DNA of 63,357 nucleotides, from contig JBAZXE010000004.1 in the NCBI GenBank assembly GCA_041659985.1, positions 1 through 63,357 on the forward strand, given 5' to 3'. A program made the translations under genes and the position numbers. The notes below the pieces were generated by a model, which made no database searches, was not told the DNA's origin, and saw nothing but the letters and a program-made list of their open reading frames with translations. Source of the DNA: Thermoplasmatota archaeon. Its GTDB lineage: Archaea; Thermoplasmatota; E2; JACPAO01; JAHFTW01. This document shows positions 16,394 to 24,546 of the stretch, piece after piece (within the stretch, counting starts at the first letter, position 1; the number at the start of each line of letters is the position of its first letter).

Positions 16394-16538
16394 GGAACCG
16401 GTACGGCATGAGGCCTATACCTTCCATGAGGTTCGGTAGCGATTGCCCCCAAAGAGCCCACAAAGTCGGCCGCCAACCTGTTGGTGTTCCACGCGTGTTG
16501 TAGGCATATTGTCAGCAACGGCGCCTACACCCACTACA
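16394..16538 (+). repeat. 145-bp imperfect direct repeat, copy 2
   Basis: See 11558..11702. Same orientation, 4.8 kb downstream. Confidence 0.8.
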
Positions 16539-16565
16539 AGGTTCGTTAGGCGGACCGGGCAGACC

Positions 16566-17516
16566 CTAGGTCTTGGCCGCCCCTTTCCCCGCGGTCTCGG
16601 CGGCGCGTTCAATCGCGGCATCGAGCCACTTGGGGAACCCCATGAACGCGCGGAACAACCAGGCTTCCGCTCGCACGACGCCGTCCACTGTCTCGGCGCG
16701 CCGGCGCAGGGCCTCTACGTCCGCCGTCGTGCGCGCAAAGAGGAGCATGTCGAAGTGCCCGAGCTCGGCCGACGCGGGCACGTAGGCATACACGTGTTCG
16801 TCATGGAATGCGGCCCGCAAGGCCGCCATCGGACGTGGCCCGGAGCCCGGCCGCAGGTAGACCAGCAGTTCGAAGAGAAAGAGTCCGTCTGCCTTGCTGG
16901 GGTCCACGATGGGCACGAGGAAGACGCTTCCTTCTGCCGCCATCTGCTCTAGACGGCGTTTCACCGTCCGCGCACTCACGCCGATGGCGGGCGCAAGGGC
17001 CGCAGGCAGGGCCCGGGGATCCGCCCGCAGCGCTTGCAGGATGCGCCAATCCAAGGCCGTAAGGGTGCGTTCCACGGGGGGCATCTCACGGGAGTAGAAG
17101 GGCCGCGACTTCCCGTCGCCGGAGACCTGTCCCAGGAACGCCAGCTTGCGCTGCATCTCCCCGTCGTCGTGGAAGGCAAAATCGGCGCAGGCTCCTCGAC
17201 CCAGGAAGTCGTGGAATTCGAGGAGGCCCTCAAGCTCCAGGAGGCGCGGGAGCGCCGCGTCCTTGGCTTCGTCGCTGGGGAATCGGAAGTGGTATGCCTC
17301 GCCCCGCAACCCCAAGTGGCGTAGGTTGGGCACGGCGTAGTAGCCGGCGATGATGCCGCGTTCCGTCATTCGCGCGATGCGGTCCTTGACGGTGTTCATG
17401 CTGGCGCCCGTCACGCGCGCTAGGCGCGCCGGCTGCAAGACGTCGAGGGGTTTCGGGACGCGCTCGTAAGGACGGATCCCCATCGCTCGGATGATTCCGA
17501 CGTCGAGCGCGTCCAT
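16566..17516 (-). CDS. Tandem Lrp/AsnC-family transcriptional regulator (two HTH plus two ligand-domain units)
   Basis: In-frame ATG 17516 of ORF 16566..17810. MDALDVGIIRAM...ARVTGASMNTVKDRIARMTERGII and a second unit LDWRILQALRADPRALPAALAPAIGVSARTVKRRLEQMAAEG. Confidence 0.8.
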   Translation of the reverse strand: MDALDVGIIRAMGIRPYERVPKPLDVLQPARLARVTGASMNTVKDRIARMTERGIIAGYYAVPNLRHLGLRGEAYHFRFPSDEAKDAALPRLLELEGLLEFHDFLGRGACADFAFHDDGEMQRKLAFLGQVSGDGKSRPFYSREMPPVERTLTALDWRILQALRADPRALPAALAPAIGVSARTVKRRLEQMAAEGSVFLVPIVDPSKADGLFLFELLVYLRPGSGPRPMAALRAAFHDEHVYAYVPASAELGHFDMLLFARTTADVEALRRRAETVDGVVRAEAWLFRAFMGFPKWLDAAIERAAETAGKGAAKT

Positions 17517-17559
17517 CGCGCTGCCATTCGGGGTCGTCCGAAAGTGTTTGCGCTCCCCG

Positions 17560-17955
17560 TCACGCTTGGATTGGGACGATTTCTTGCCCCGCTTCCTTCC
17601 AGGCCTTGAACCCGCCGTCGAGGTGTGCGACGCGCTCATACCCGAGGCGTCGCAGCGTGGCCCCGGCCAGCGCCGACCGGCCACCCGAGGCGCAGTAGAG
17701 AAGGACGCGCCGGGCGGGATCGAAGTCCGTCTTGTGGTACGGCGTTGCCGGGTCGGCGTAGAACTCCAGCATCCCGCGTGGCGCGGGGAGGGCGCCTGGA
17801 ATTGTGCCATGTTCCGCGCGCTCGCCAGGCTCGCGCAGGTCCACCAGGAGGACGTTTGGCGCTTCCAAAGCCCGAGCCATCTCGGCGGCGGGCAGGTTGT
17901 CGATCTTGGTTCGGGCTTCAGCGATGAGGTCTTTCACGGTTGTTTTGGCAGTCAT
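17560..17955 (-). CDS. Single-domain rhodanese sulfurtransferase
   Basis: In-frame ATG 17955 of ORF 17560..18447. LLVDLREPGERAEHGTIPGA ... VLLYCASGGRSALAG active-site loop. Confidence 0.85.
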   Translation of the reverse strand: MTAKTTVKDLIAEARTKIDNLPAAEMARALEAPNVLLVDLREPGERAEHGTIPGALPAPRGMLEFYADPATPYHKTDFDPARRVLLYCASGGRSALAGATLRRLGYERVAHLDGGFKAWKEAGQEIVPIQA

Positions 17956-18167
17956 GTGGTTGACCCAACCCCAGTAAGGTCCTCCCCCATACCAAAGGCC
18001 CGCCGGCCCGGCTGATGAAATTGGACAAGTGACCGTACCAAAGGCATGCCTTGGGCATGGCCTACTCGTTGCTGGCGCGCACTTCGGTGAACGCCAATCC
18101 GAATCATGGCCAGAACGGGGTGGAATTGGGCAAAACCATGACCTGAACAGACGTGCTTGGATTCTCG

Positions 18168-19415
18168 CTACGGCGCCATCGGAGGGGTCTCCTCCTTGGG
18201 CCCCATCTCGTCGCCGGGGACTTGCGGGAGCCGATGCGTGGCGGTGGGTCCGAAGTACAATTCGAACATCCACTCCAATTTTCCGGACAAGGCGCTCCAG
18301 TACATGCGGTTGAAGGCCTTCTTCATGGCGTACTTGATGATGGTCGGCTTGTTTTCTTCGGGCGGCTGCTCGTACGTGGCGGAGACGAACAGCAGGCGGT
18401 GATCGCCGACCTCCATGGGGCAGTTGATGCGACCATTGTAGGCCCAATCGCCGAAGTCCCGGCCGAGGTCTGCCAAGACGTTCTTGGCCACGACGAGAGA
18501 CTGCAGGTGCGCCACGACGCCGGATTTGCTGATGGGGATGTTCGTGCAGTCCCCCAAGGCATACGTTCCGGGCTGCCCCGTGACCCGCATCGTCTGCTTG
18601 TCGGTGGGGACCCAGCCCTCCTTGTCTCCGAGGCCGGAGTCGGCGATGAGGCGCGCGCCGCGGTGGGGCGGCACGACGATGGCCAAGTCGCAGGCGACCT
18701 CATCGCCTTCCAGGGACACGAGGGCGCCGGGCTTGGCTTCCCCGATACTGAAGAAGGTCCCCAACTCGATGCCGAGTTTCTTGAAGCGCTCCTCGACTTG
18801 GTGCGAGACCTTCTCGGCGGGGTAGGCTCTGGGATACGGGGTCAGGAGCGTGATGCGGGTCTTGTCGCGCAACCCCCGCTTGCGCAGCAGCTCATCCAGC
18901 AGGAAACAGGCCTCGTTGGGACTGGGCGGGCACTTGTAGGGGAACTCCGCGATGGCCACCGCGATGTGGCCGCCGCGGAAGTCCTGCAACCGCTCCCAGA
19001 TGCGCTGGGCCACCTTGGGGCCAAGGTGGAAGGACAATGTGTGCTCGGCCAAACCAGGGATGAGGTCCTGCCGAGCCTCCGCGCCGGTGGCAAGGATGAG
19101 GTGGTCGTAGGCGAGCGTTTGGCCGTCCGTCAAGACGACGGTGCGTTCGGTCGTGTCGATGCGCGCGGCCCCGGAATCGATGAACCGCACCTGCTTCTCC
19201 AACAAGGGGCGCTCCGCGTGAAGGAACCGCGCGGGGGAAACGCCGCGGAACGCGACGTCGAGATTGCCCGGCTGGAAGCAGTGCTGGGCCGAGTCGCCCA
19301 CGACGGTCAAGGTGATGGCGTCGCTGGCTAGGTCCTGCTTGAGTTCTCGCGCCAGGAGGTTGGCGGTCATCGTCCCGCCGGTGCCGGCACCAATCACGAC
19401 GATGCGATGGCCCAT
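18168..19415 (-). CDS. sqr: Sulfide:quinone oxidoreductase-like flavoprotein
   Basis: IVVIGAGTGGT FAD fold, FPYKCPPSPNE and LGDCTNIP cysteine motifs, 415 aa. Follows tusA by 1 nt. Confidence 0.8.
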   Translation of the reverse strand: MGHRIVVIGAGTGGTMTANLLARELKQDLASDAITLTVVGDSAQHCFQPGNLDVAFRGVSPARFLHAERPLLEKQVRFIDSGAARIDTTERTVVLTDGQTLAYDHLILATGAEARQDLIPGLAEHTLSFHLGPKVAQRIWERLQDFRGGHIAVAIAEFPYKCPPSPNEACFLLDELLRKRGLRDKTRITLLTPYPRAYPAEKVSHQVEERFKKLGIELGTFFSIGEAKPGALVSLEGDEVACDLAIVVPPHRGARLIADSGLGDKEGWVPTDKQTMRVTGQPGTYALGDCTNIPISKSGVVAHLQSLVVAKNVLADLGRDFGDWAYNGRINCPMEVGDHRLLFVSATYEQPPEENKPTIIKYAMKKAFNRMYWSALSGKLEWMFELYFGPTATHRLPQVPGDEMGPKEETPPMAP

Positions 19416-19416
19416 G

Positions 19417-19647
19417 CTACGCCTTCTTGGTGACTTTGACGAGGATCTTGAGCACGTTGCCGTCTTGGTTCACGGAGACGAGCTGGTTGCCGGTCTTTTT
19501 GCACCAAGCCGTGACGTCAGGCTTGGCTGCGGGATCGGTGGCCCACAGCTCGAGCTCGTCGCCTTGCTTGGCGGAGCGATAGGCCTTGAACAGGTCAGTC
19601 AGCGGTCCGGGGCAGAAAGCGCCGCGGCTGTCAATCGTGGTTGGCAT
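19417..19647 (-). CDS. tusA: TusA/SirA-family sulfur carrier
   Basis: 76 aa with the GAFCPGPL (CPxP) active-site motif. Confidence 0.85.
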   Translation of the reverse strand: MPTTIDSRGAFCPGPLTDLFKAYRSAKQGDELELWATDPAAKPDVTAWCKKTGNQLVSVNQDGNVLKILVKVTKKA

Positions 19648-19658
19648 CGTGAGTCACC

Positions 19659-20159
19659 TCAAATGAAAATGATCTGTCCGCCTTCGCTCATGCCGAGGAA
19701 GCTGGCGGCCCCGACGACGTCCTCGACCTCGGGGATGAAGTCTTCTTCCGTTAGGCCCAGCATCTCCATGCTCGTCGAGCAGGCGTGCAAATGGACGCCG
19801 AGGTCCTTGGCGCTGGCAATCATTTCGGGGATCGGTGGAATCTTCAGTTTCTTGATCTTCCCGCGCAGCATCGCGGTCATCATGGGCGTAGCCCCGGGAA
19901 GGATGCCCGCAAGGTTCGGCATGTGGGCGGCGGGGTTCCCCACGGGCGTCGCTTTCAGGCGGCCGTAGCGCTTCTTGGTGATGACATCCATGCCCCAGAA
20001 CGTGAAGAACAGGTGCACTTCGTAGCCCATGATGGCCGCGGCGTTGCCCAGGATGAACGGCGGATAGGCCATGTCCAGGCTGCCTTTCGACACGATGATG
20101 CTCAACTTGTGGACCGGCGGTCCGGCCATGGCCATCGAAGCTGGTTTCTTTGCCGCCAT
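19659..20159 (-). CDS. DsrE/DsrF-like sulfur-relay protein
   Basis: KLSIIVSKGSLDMAYPPFILGNAAAIMGYEVHLFFTFWG ... HLHACSTSMEM. Start taken at ATG 20159 (alternative ATG 20135). The GTG at 20189 overlaps the promoter box. Confidence 0.8.
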   Translation of the reverse strand: MAAKKPASMAMAGPPVHKLSIIVSKGSLDMAYPPFILGNAAAIMGYEVHLFFTFWGMDVITKKRYGRLKATPVGNPAAHMPNLAGILPGATPMMTAMLRGKIKKLKIPPIPEMIASAKDLGVHLHACSTSMEMLGLTEEDFIPEVEDVVGAASFLGMSEGGQIIFI

Positions 20160-20188
20160 TGAATCACAAGTCATTGTGCAAGCCGACA

Positions 20189-20194
20189 CTTAAG
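20189..20194 (-). promoter_or_regulatory. TATA-like box CTTAAG for the dsrE-tusA-sqr operon
   Basis: Centre is about 32 nt upstream of ATG 20159. Same hexamer as at 20312, 24518 and 47114. Confidence 0.45.
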
Positions 20195-20311
20195 CCTGCC
20201 CGGCTGGATTTCACGTCTCGATCCTTCGGGGGCCGACGCGGCGGGCCAGCGACCGCATCCGCCCCCGCCCTCGTCCCAGAGTCCGGGGTGCCTCTTGTGC
20301 GCCATGCCGAC

Positions 20312-20317
20312 CTTAAG
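20312..20317 (+). promoter_or_regulatory. TATA-like box CTTAAG for the persulfide dioxygenase operon
   Basis: Centre is 27-28 nt upstream of ATG 20342, which implies a leaderless or near-leaderless mRNA. Confidence 0.5.
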
Positions 20318-20341
20318 TAGCGCTTCGGGGCCTATGGAGGC

Positions 20342-21739
20342 ATGATCCTCCAGCCGTACTATCTCGGGTGCCTCTCGCACGCCTCCTATCTCCTGGGGGA
20401 CACGGCGACCAAGACCGCCATCGTCGTCGACCCGCAACGCGACATCGACCAGTACGTACGCGATGCCCAACGGCTGGGGCTCACCATCCGCCACGTCGTG
20501 CTGACGCATTTCCACGCCGACTTCCTGGCCGGGCACCTCGAACTCCGCGAACGCACCGGCGCCACAATCCACCTTGGGCATCGCGCCCAAGCCGATTACC
20601 CGTTCACTCGCCTGCATGAAGGCCCCGTGTGGGATTTCCCGCGCTTGCGCGTCGATGTCCTGGAAACTCCGGGCCACACGCCGGAGATGGTGAGCCTTGT
20701 CCTCTATGACAAGGCCGAATCGATGACCGAACCGCAGGCCGTCCTCACCGGCGATACCCTGTTCAACGGCGACGTCGGCCGTCCCGACCTGGTTGCCAGC
20801 CGCGGCTTCACCGCTGAGACCCTTGCCGGCATGCTCTTCGAGTCGCTGCAGAAGCTCAAGGCCCTTCCCGACGCCACCAAGGTTCTTCCAGCGCACGGCG
20901 CCGGCTCTTCCTGCGGCAAAAGCATCGCCGGGCTGGAGACCACCATCGGGGAGCAGAAGGCAATGAATGCCGCCTTCAAGCTCGAAGACCGCGCCGCCTT
21001 CGTGCAAGCCGTCACCCATGACCTGCCCCCGCCGCCAGCCTACTTCGCCGTTGACGCCGAGCTCAACCGCCGGGAACGCGGCGTCCTCGACGACACTCTC
21101 GCCCAGGACAAACCCCTGCCCACCGAGGCCGCCCTCGCCCTTGCCAACCAAGGGGCGCAACTCGTGGACACGCGCAGCCCCAAGACCTTCGCCCAAACCC
21201 ACCTCGCCGGTTCGATCAACGTCGGCATCGACGGCAACTACGCCCCGTGGGCCGGCGCCGTCCTCGACGCCAAGCGCTCCATCGTCCTCATCGCCGAACC
21301 CGGCCGCGTGCGGGAATCCATCCTGCGCCTGGGCCGCATTGGCTTCGATTCAGTCGCCGGACACCTGGCCACTCCCTTGGAGGATGTCGCCCAAACCAAC
21401 CCGGACGCCGTGGTCTCCACACCGCGAGCCCGCCCCGACGACGCCGTCGACCTGGCCCGCAAGGGCCTGCACGTGCTCGATGTGCGCACCGCCTCGGAGC
21501 ACGCCGCCTTGCGGCTGGCCGGAAGCCAGAACGTCCCTCTGGCCGAACTATCCCACCGTCTCGGCGACGTGCCGCGTGACCGCCCCGTTCTCGTGCACTG
21601 CGCCAGCGGTTACCGTTCCAGCATCGCCGCCAGCCTGCTGCGCAAGGCCGGTTGGACGCAAATCTATGACGTCGAGGGCGGCCTGAACGCCTTGGCGCTC
21701 GCCCCGGACGTCCAAAATCTCCTGGAGACCCACGCATGA
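20342..21739 (+). CDS. Persulfide dioxygenase (metallo-beta-lactamase fold) fused to two rhodanese-like domains
   Basis: LTHFHADFLAG metal motif and ETPGHTPE in the N-terminal half. The C-terminal rhodanese has the VLVHCASGYRSS loop. 465 aa. Confidence 0.85.
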   Translation: MILQPYYLGCLSHASYLLGDTATKTAIVVDPQRDIDQYVRDAQRLGLTIRHVVLTHFHADFLAGHLELRERTGATIHLGHRAQADYPFTRLHEGPVWDFPRLRVDVLETPGHTPEMVSLVLYDKAESMTEPQAVLTGDTLFNGDVGRPDLVASRGFTAETLAGMLFESLQKLKALPDATKVLPAHGAGSSCGKSIAGLETTIGEQKAMNAAFKLEDRAAFVQAVTHDLPPPPAYFAVDAELNRRERGVLDDTLAQDKPLPTEAALALANQGAQLVDTRSPKTFAQTHLAGSINVGIDGNYAPWAGAVLDAKRSIVLIAEPGRVRESILRLGRIGFDSVAGHLATPLEDVAQTNPDAVVSTPRARPDDAVDLARKGLHVLDVRTASEHAALRLAGSQNVPLAELSHRLGDVPRDRPVLVHCASGYRSSIAASLLRKAGWTQIYDVEGGLNALALAPDVQNLLETHA

Positions 21740-22164
21740 CCAACGACCCGACCCTTGAAGCCATCCGAAACGCAAAACTGCTCGAATTGCAGGCTATTTC
21801 CGCCCGAGCTGCGCCATCTGCCCGACCGGCTGGCGTCCTCGAGGCCACCGACGCCAGCATCGCGGACGTCGTCACAAAGCAGCCCCTCGTGGCCGTGGAT
21901 GCCTACGCGACTTGGTGCGGGCCCTGCAAGGTGTTCGCTCCCACGTTCGCCCGCGCCGCCCAAGCCCACCCCCGGGTCGCCTTCGTCAAGGTGGACGTCG
22001 ACCGCAACCCGCGTTTTGCCGGGCAGCACCAGATCCAGTCCATTCCGACCCTGCTCCTCTTCGCCCGCGGCACATTGGTCGGCCGCATCAACGGCGCCTT
22101 GCGCCCCCCTGACCTCGAAAACGTCCTCGCCCAGCTCGAAGCCCTCCCGGAGAGTCCCGCATGA
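21736..22164 (+). CDS. trx: Thioredoxin
   Basis: WCGPCK active site. ATGA overlap with the upstream gene. Confidence 0.85.
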   Translation: MTNDPTLEAIRNAKLLELQAISARAAPSARPAGVLEATDASIADVVTKQPLVAVDAYATWCGPCKVFAPTFARAAQAHPRVAFVKVDVDRNPRFAGQHQIQSIPTLLLFARGTLVGRINGALRPPDLENVLAQLEALPESPA

Positions 22165-22475
22165 ACGACATCACGCCCCAGAAAGCCAACGACCTGCACG
22201 CCACCGGCGACGCCGTCATCCTCGACGTCCGCGAAGAGGACGAAGTGGCGTACGCGCGCATCCCGGGCAGCGTCCACATCCCTCTCTTCGAGTTGCAAAC
22301 CCGCATCCGGGAGCTTCCCAAGGACCGCCTCGTCGTTTGTCAATGTGCCTCCGGCGGCCGCAGCATGGGCGCCACCGCGACGTTGCTGCGCCACGGCCTC
22401 AAGGCCGCCAACCTCACCGGGGGAATCATGGCCTGGGCCCGGTCGGGACTTCCGGTCGCGCGCGGGGAGGCCTGA
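22161..22475 (+). CDS. Single-domain rhodanese
   Basis: VILDVREEDEVAYARIPGS ... VVCQCASGGRSMGA. ATGA overlap with trx. Confidence 0.85.
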   Translation: MNDITPQKANDLHATGDAVILDVREEDEVAYARIPGSVHIPLFELQTRIRELPKDRLVVCQCASGGRSMGATATLLRHGLKAANLTGGIMAWARSGLPVARGEA

Positions 22476-22477
22476 AC

Positions 22478-22816
22478 ATGGGCCTCTTCGCCAGGCTGTT
22501 CGGTTCCGGGTATCGCAACGTCCCCCCCGTCGAAGCCAAGAAACTCGTCGAGGCCGGTGCCCAATTCATCGACGTGCGCAACCGCGGCGAGTACAAGGAG
22601 GGCCATGCGCAAGGGGCCCGCAACCTCGCCCTGAACGTCCTGCCGCAGCAGGTGCATGCGTTGGATGCGGCCAAACCCATCGTGGTCATCTGCCGCAGCG
22701 GTCGCCGCAGCGCTGGCGCCGCCAAGTTCCTCGCCAAGAACGGCTTCACGGACGTCCATAACGTGTCTGGCGGAAGCCTGGCTTGGAAGTCGTACGGCCT
22801 GCCCTGGAACGACTGA
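22478..22816 (+). CDS. Single-domain rhodanese
   Basis: ATG 22478 inside listed ORF 21755..22816. FIDVRNRGEYKEGHAQGA ... VVICRSGRRSAGAA. Confidence 0.8.
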   Translation: MGLFARLFGSGYRNVPPVEAKKLVEAGAQFIDVRNRGEYKEGHAQGARNLALNVLPQQVHALDAAKPIVVICRSGRRSAGAAKFLAKNGFTDVHNVSGGSLAWKSYGLPWND

Positions 22817-22817
22817 G

Positions 22818-23708
22818 ATGACCGCCGAACCGGCCGCATCGACCGCCGACGCTTCGCGCATCTCGCTCGTCGTGCCGCGGCCGGCGTGGGCCTGGTCCCT
22901 GACGGCGCTCTTGGCAGCGGGCCTGTTCGCTCTTGCGCGGGGCTCCGACCAAGGTCTGGCCTGGCACGCGCGAGCCGCCGGCATCGGCTTTGCGGGCGGC
23001 TTCGCGGGCGGCATGGTGGCGGGGGCCATCGGCCTCATCGCCATCCCCCTGCTCGTCTTCGGCCTGGGCTTGCCCATCCATCAAGCCGCGGCCACCAACC
23101 TTGTGCAGACGGCGGCCACCGCCGGCTTCGGTGCGTGGCGCCATTGGCGCATGCGCCTGCTCGACCTGCGCAACGCCAGCTTCGTTCTCGGCGGCAGCCT
23201 GGTCGGCGCCCCGCTGGGCTCATGGACTTCCTTGCAGATGCCCGCCGACCGTCTATCCCTGCTCTTCGTGGCGGCCTTGGTGGCCGCGGCAGCAGGCATG
23301 GCCTGGCGTGCCTACCGGCCCAAGGTCCGCAACGACCGCCAGACCCACCTAGCCCGCAACCCGGGTTGGAAGGGCCTGGTCCTCGGCGTCGGTCTCGGTT
23401 TCGCCAGCGGCCTATTGGGCGTCGGTGCCGGCTTCCTCGTCGCCCCAAGCCTGGCTGCCGTGCTCGGCCTTCCCCTCCATTTGGCCGTCGGCACCGGATT
23501 GGCCGTCATCGCGGGCAACAGCGTCCTGGCCAGCATCCCGCATTTTGCGGCAGGCCAGGTCCAGTGGCTGGCTGCGGGGTTCATGGCGTTCGGCGGCGCG
23601 TTCGGCGTCCGCCTCGGCGCGACGCTGGGTCGCCGCACGAACGAGCGGGTCCTGCGGACCGGGATGGCCGTCGTGCTCGCCGCGGCGGCGTATTCGCTGC
23701 TGCCGTGA
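22818..23708 (+). CDS. TauE/SafE-family sulfite/anion exporter
   Basis: ATG 22818 inside ORF 22656..23708. Gly-rich polytopic membrane protein with repeated GxGGG-like segments (GFAGGFAGGMVAG, GFASGLLGVGAGFLV). Confidence 0.75.
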   Translation: MTAEPAASTADASRISLVVPRPAWAWSLTALLAAGLFALARGSDQGLAWHARAAGIGFAGGFAGGMVAGAIGLIAIPLLVFGLGLPIHQAAATNLVQTAATAGFGAWRHWRMRLLDLRNASFVLGGSLVGAPLGSWTSLQMPADRLSLLFVAALVAAAAGMAWRAYRPKVRNDRQTHLARNPGWKGLVLGVGLGFASGLLGVGAGFLVAPSLAAVLGLPLHLAVGTGLAVIAGNSVLASIPHFAAGQVQWLAAGFMAFGGAFGVRLGATLGRRTNERVLRTGMAVVLAAAAYSLLP

Positions 23709-23739
23709 GGTTCATCCTCGTCGTCGCGGTGGTCGCCTC

Positions 23740-24522
23740 GTGGAGGCCTGCCCGGGATGCGGGAACAAGCGCTTCGTCGTGGACGAGGCCCGCGGCGAGG
23801 AATCGTGTTCCCGTTGCGGCCTGGTGCGTGACCTTCCGCCTATCGCGCAGCCAAGCCACCTGCAGTCCACGCCGCCGGGACGCAACGCAAAGGAGCGCTT
23901 GCCGATTCGCCTCCAGAGATGGGATCGCCAACGCGGCGAACCGGGCAACGTCCACCGCTTGCGATTGGCGCAAGACGAGGCCCGCCGCATGGCCGCTGCA
24001 CTCGGCTGCCCCCTCGACGTCGGCGAGCGCGCCGCGACGCTGCTGGCCCGCGCCCGCAAAGCCCGGTTGACCCAAGGCCGCTCGCTCGATGCCTTCGCGC
24101 CTGCGGCCCTGATGGCGTCCTGCCGCCTGCTGCTGCTGGCCCGGACCGAGAAGGAGATTACGGCGGCCAGTCGCGTGTCGTGGGCCGAGGTGCAGGCCGC
24201 GTACAAGGCCCTGGTGCGCGGCCTGGCCCTGGAGGTGCCGGCCCTGACCGCCAAGGAATACCTTGGGCAGGTCGCCTCTGCCGTGGGTCTCGACGGACGC
24301 GTCCAGGCCGAAGCCTACCGCATCCTCCAACCGATTTGTGGCACCACGCAATCGGCTGGGAAAAGCCCGCTCGGCTGGAGCGCCGCTGCCTTGTTGCTGG
24401 CTGCGCGGGCCAAGGGCAAGGCGCCATCCGTGGGCCGCATGGCCGAAGCGGCAGGCGTCAGCCCCAGCACGCTGCTGGCGCGAGCCAACGAGCTGCAAGA
24501 CCGCCAGCCCGCCAGTCCTTAA
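23740..24522 (+). CDS. tfb: Transcription initiation factor B (TFIIB-like), short form
   Basis: GTG 23740 inside ORF 23425..24522. Zn ribbon CPGCGNKRFVVDEARGEESCSRCGLV followed by two cyclin-like repeats (GRSLDAFAPAALMASCRLL; SPLGWSAAALLLAARAKG). Confidence 0.75.
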   Translation: MEACPGCGNKRFVVDEARGEESCSRCGLVRDLPPIAQPSHLQSTPPGRNAKERLPIRLQRWDRQRGEPGNVHRLRLAQDEARRMAAALGCPLDVGERAATLLARARKARLTQGRSLDAFAPAALMASCRLLLLARTEKEITAASRVSWAEVQAAYKALVRGLALEVPALTAKEYLGQVASAVGLDGRVQAEAYRILQPICGTTQSAGKSPLGWSAAALLLAARAKGKAPSVGRMAEAAGVSPSTLLARANELQDRQPASP

Positions 24523-24523
24523 G
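24518..24523 (+). promoter_or_regulatory. TATA-like box CTTAAG for osmC, embedded in the tfb stop codon
   Basis: Centre is 26-27 nt upstream of GTG 24547. The tfb TAA stop is inside the box. Confidence 0.45.
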
Positions 24524-24546
24524 TCGCGCCGGCCACATTTCCCGCC

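Noticed and set aside
18153-19331. 392-aa + strand ORF
   Set aside because: It is antisense to the SQR-like flavoprotein. Low-complexity, Gly/Asp/Leu/Val/Arg-rich.
20171-21202. 343-aa minus-strand ORF
   Set aside because: It is antisense to the persulfide dioxygenase fusion and runs through the divergent promoter region.
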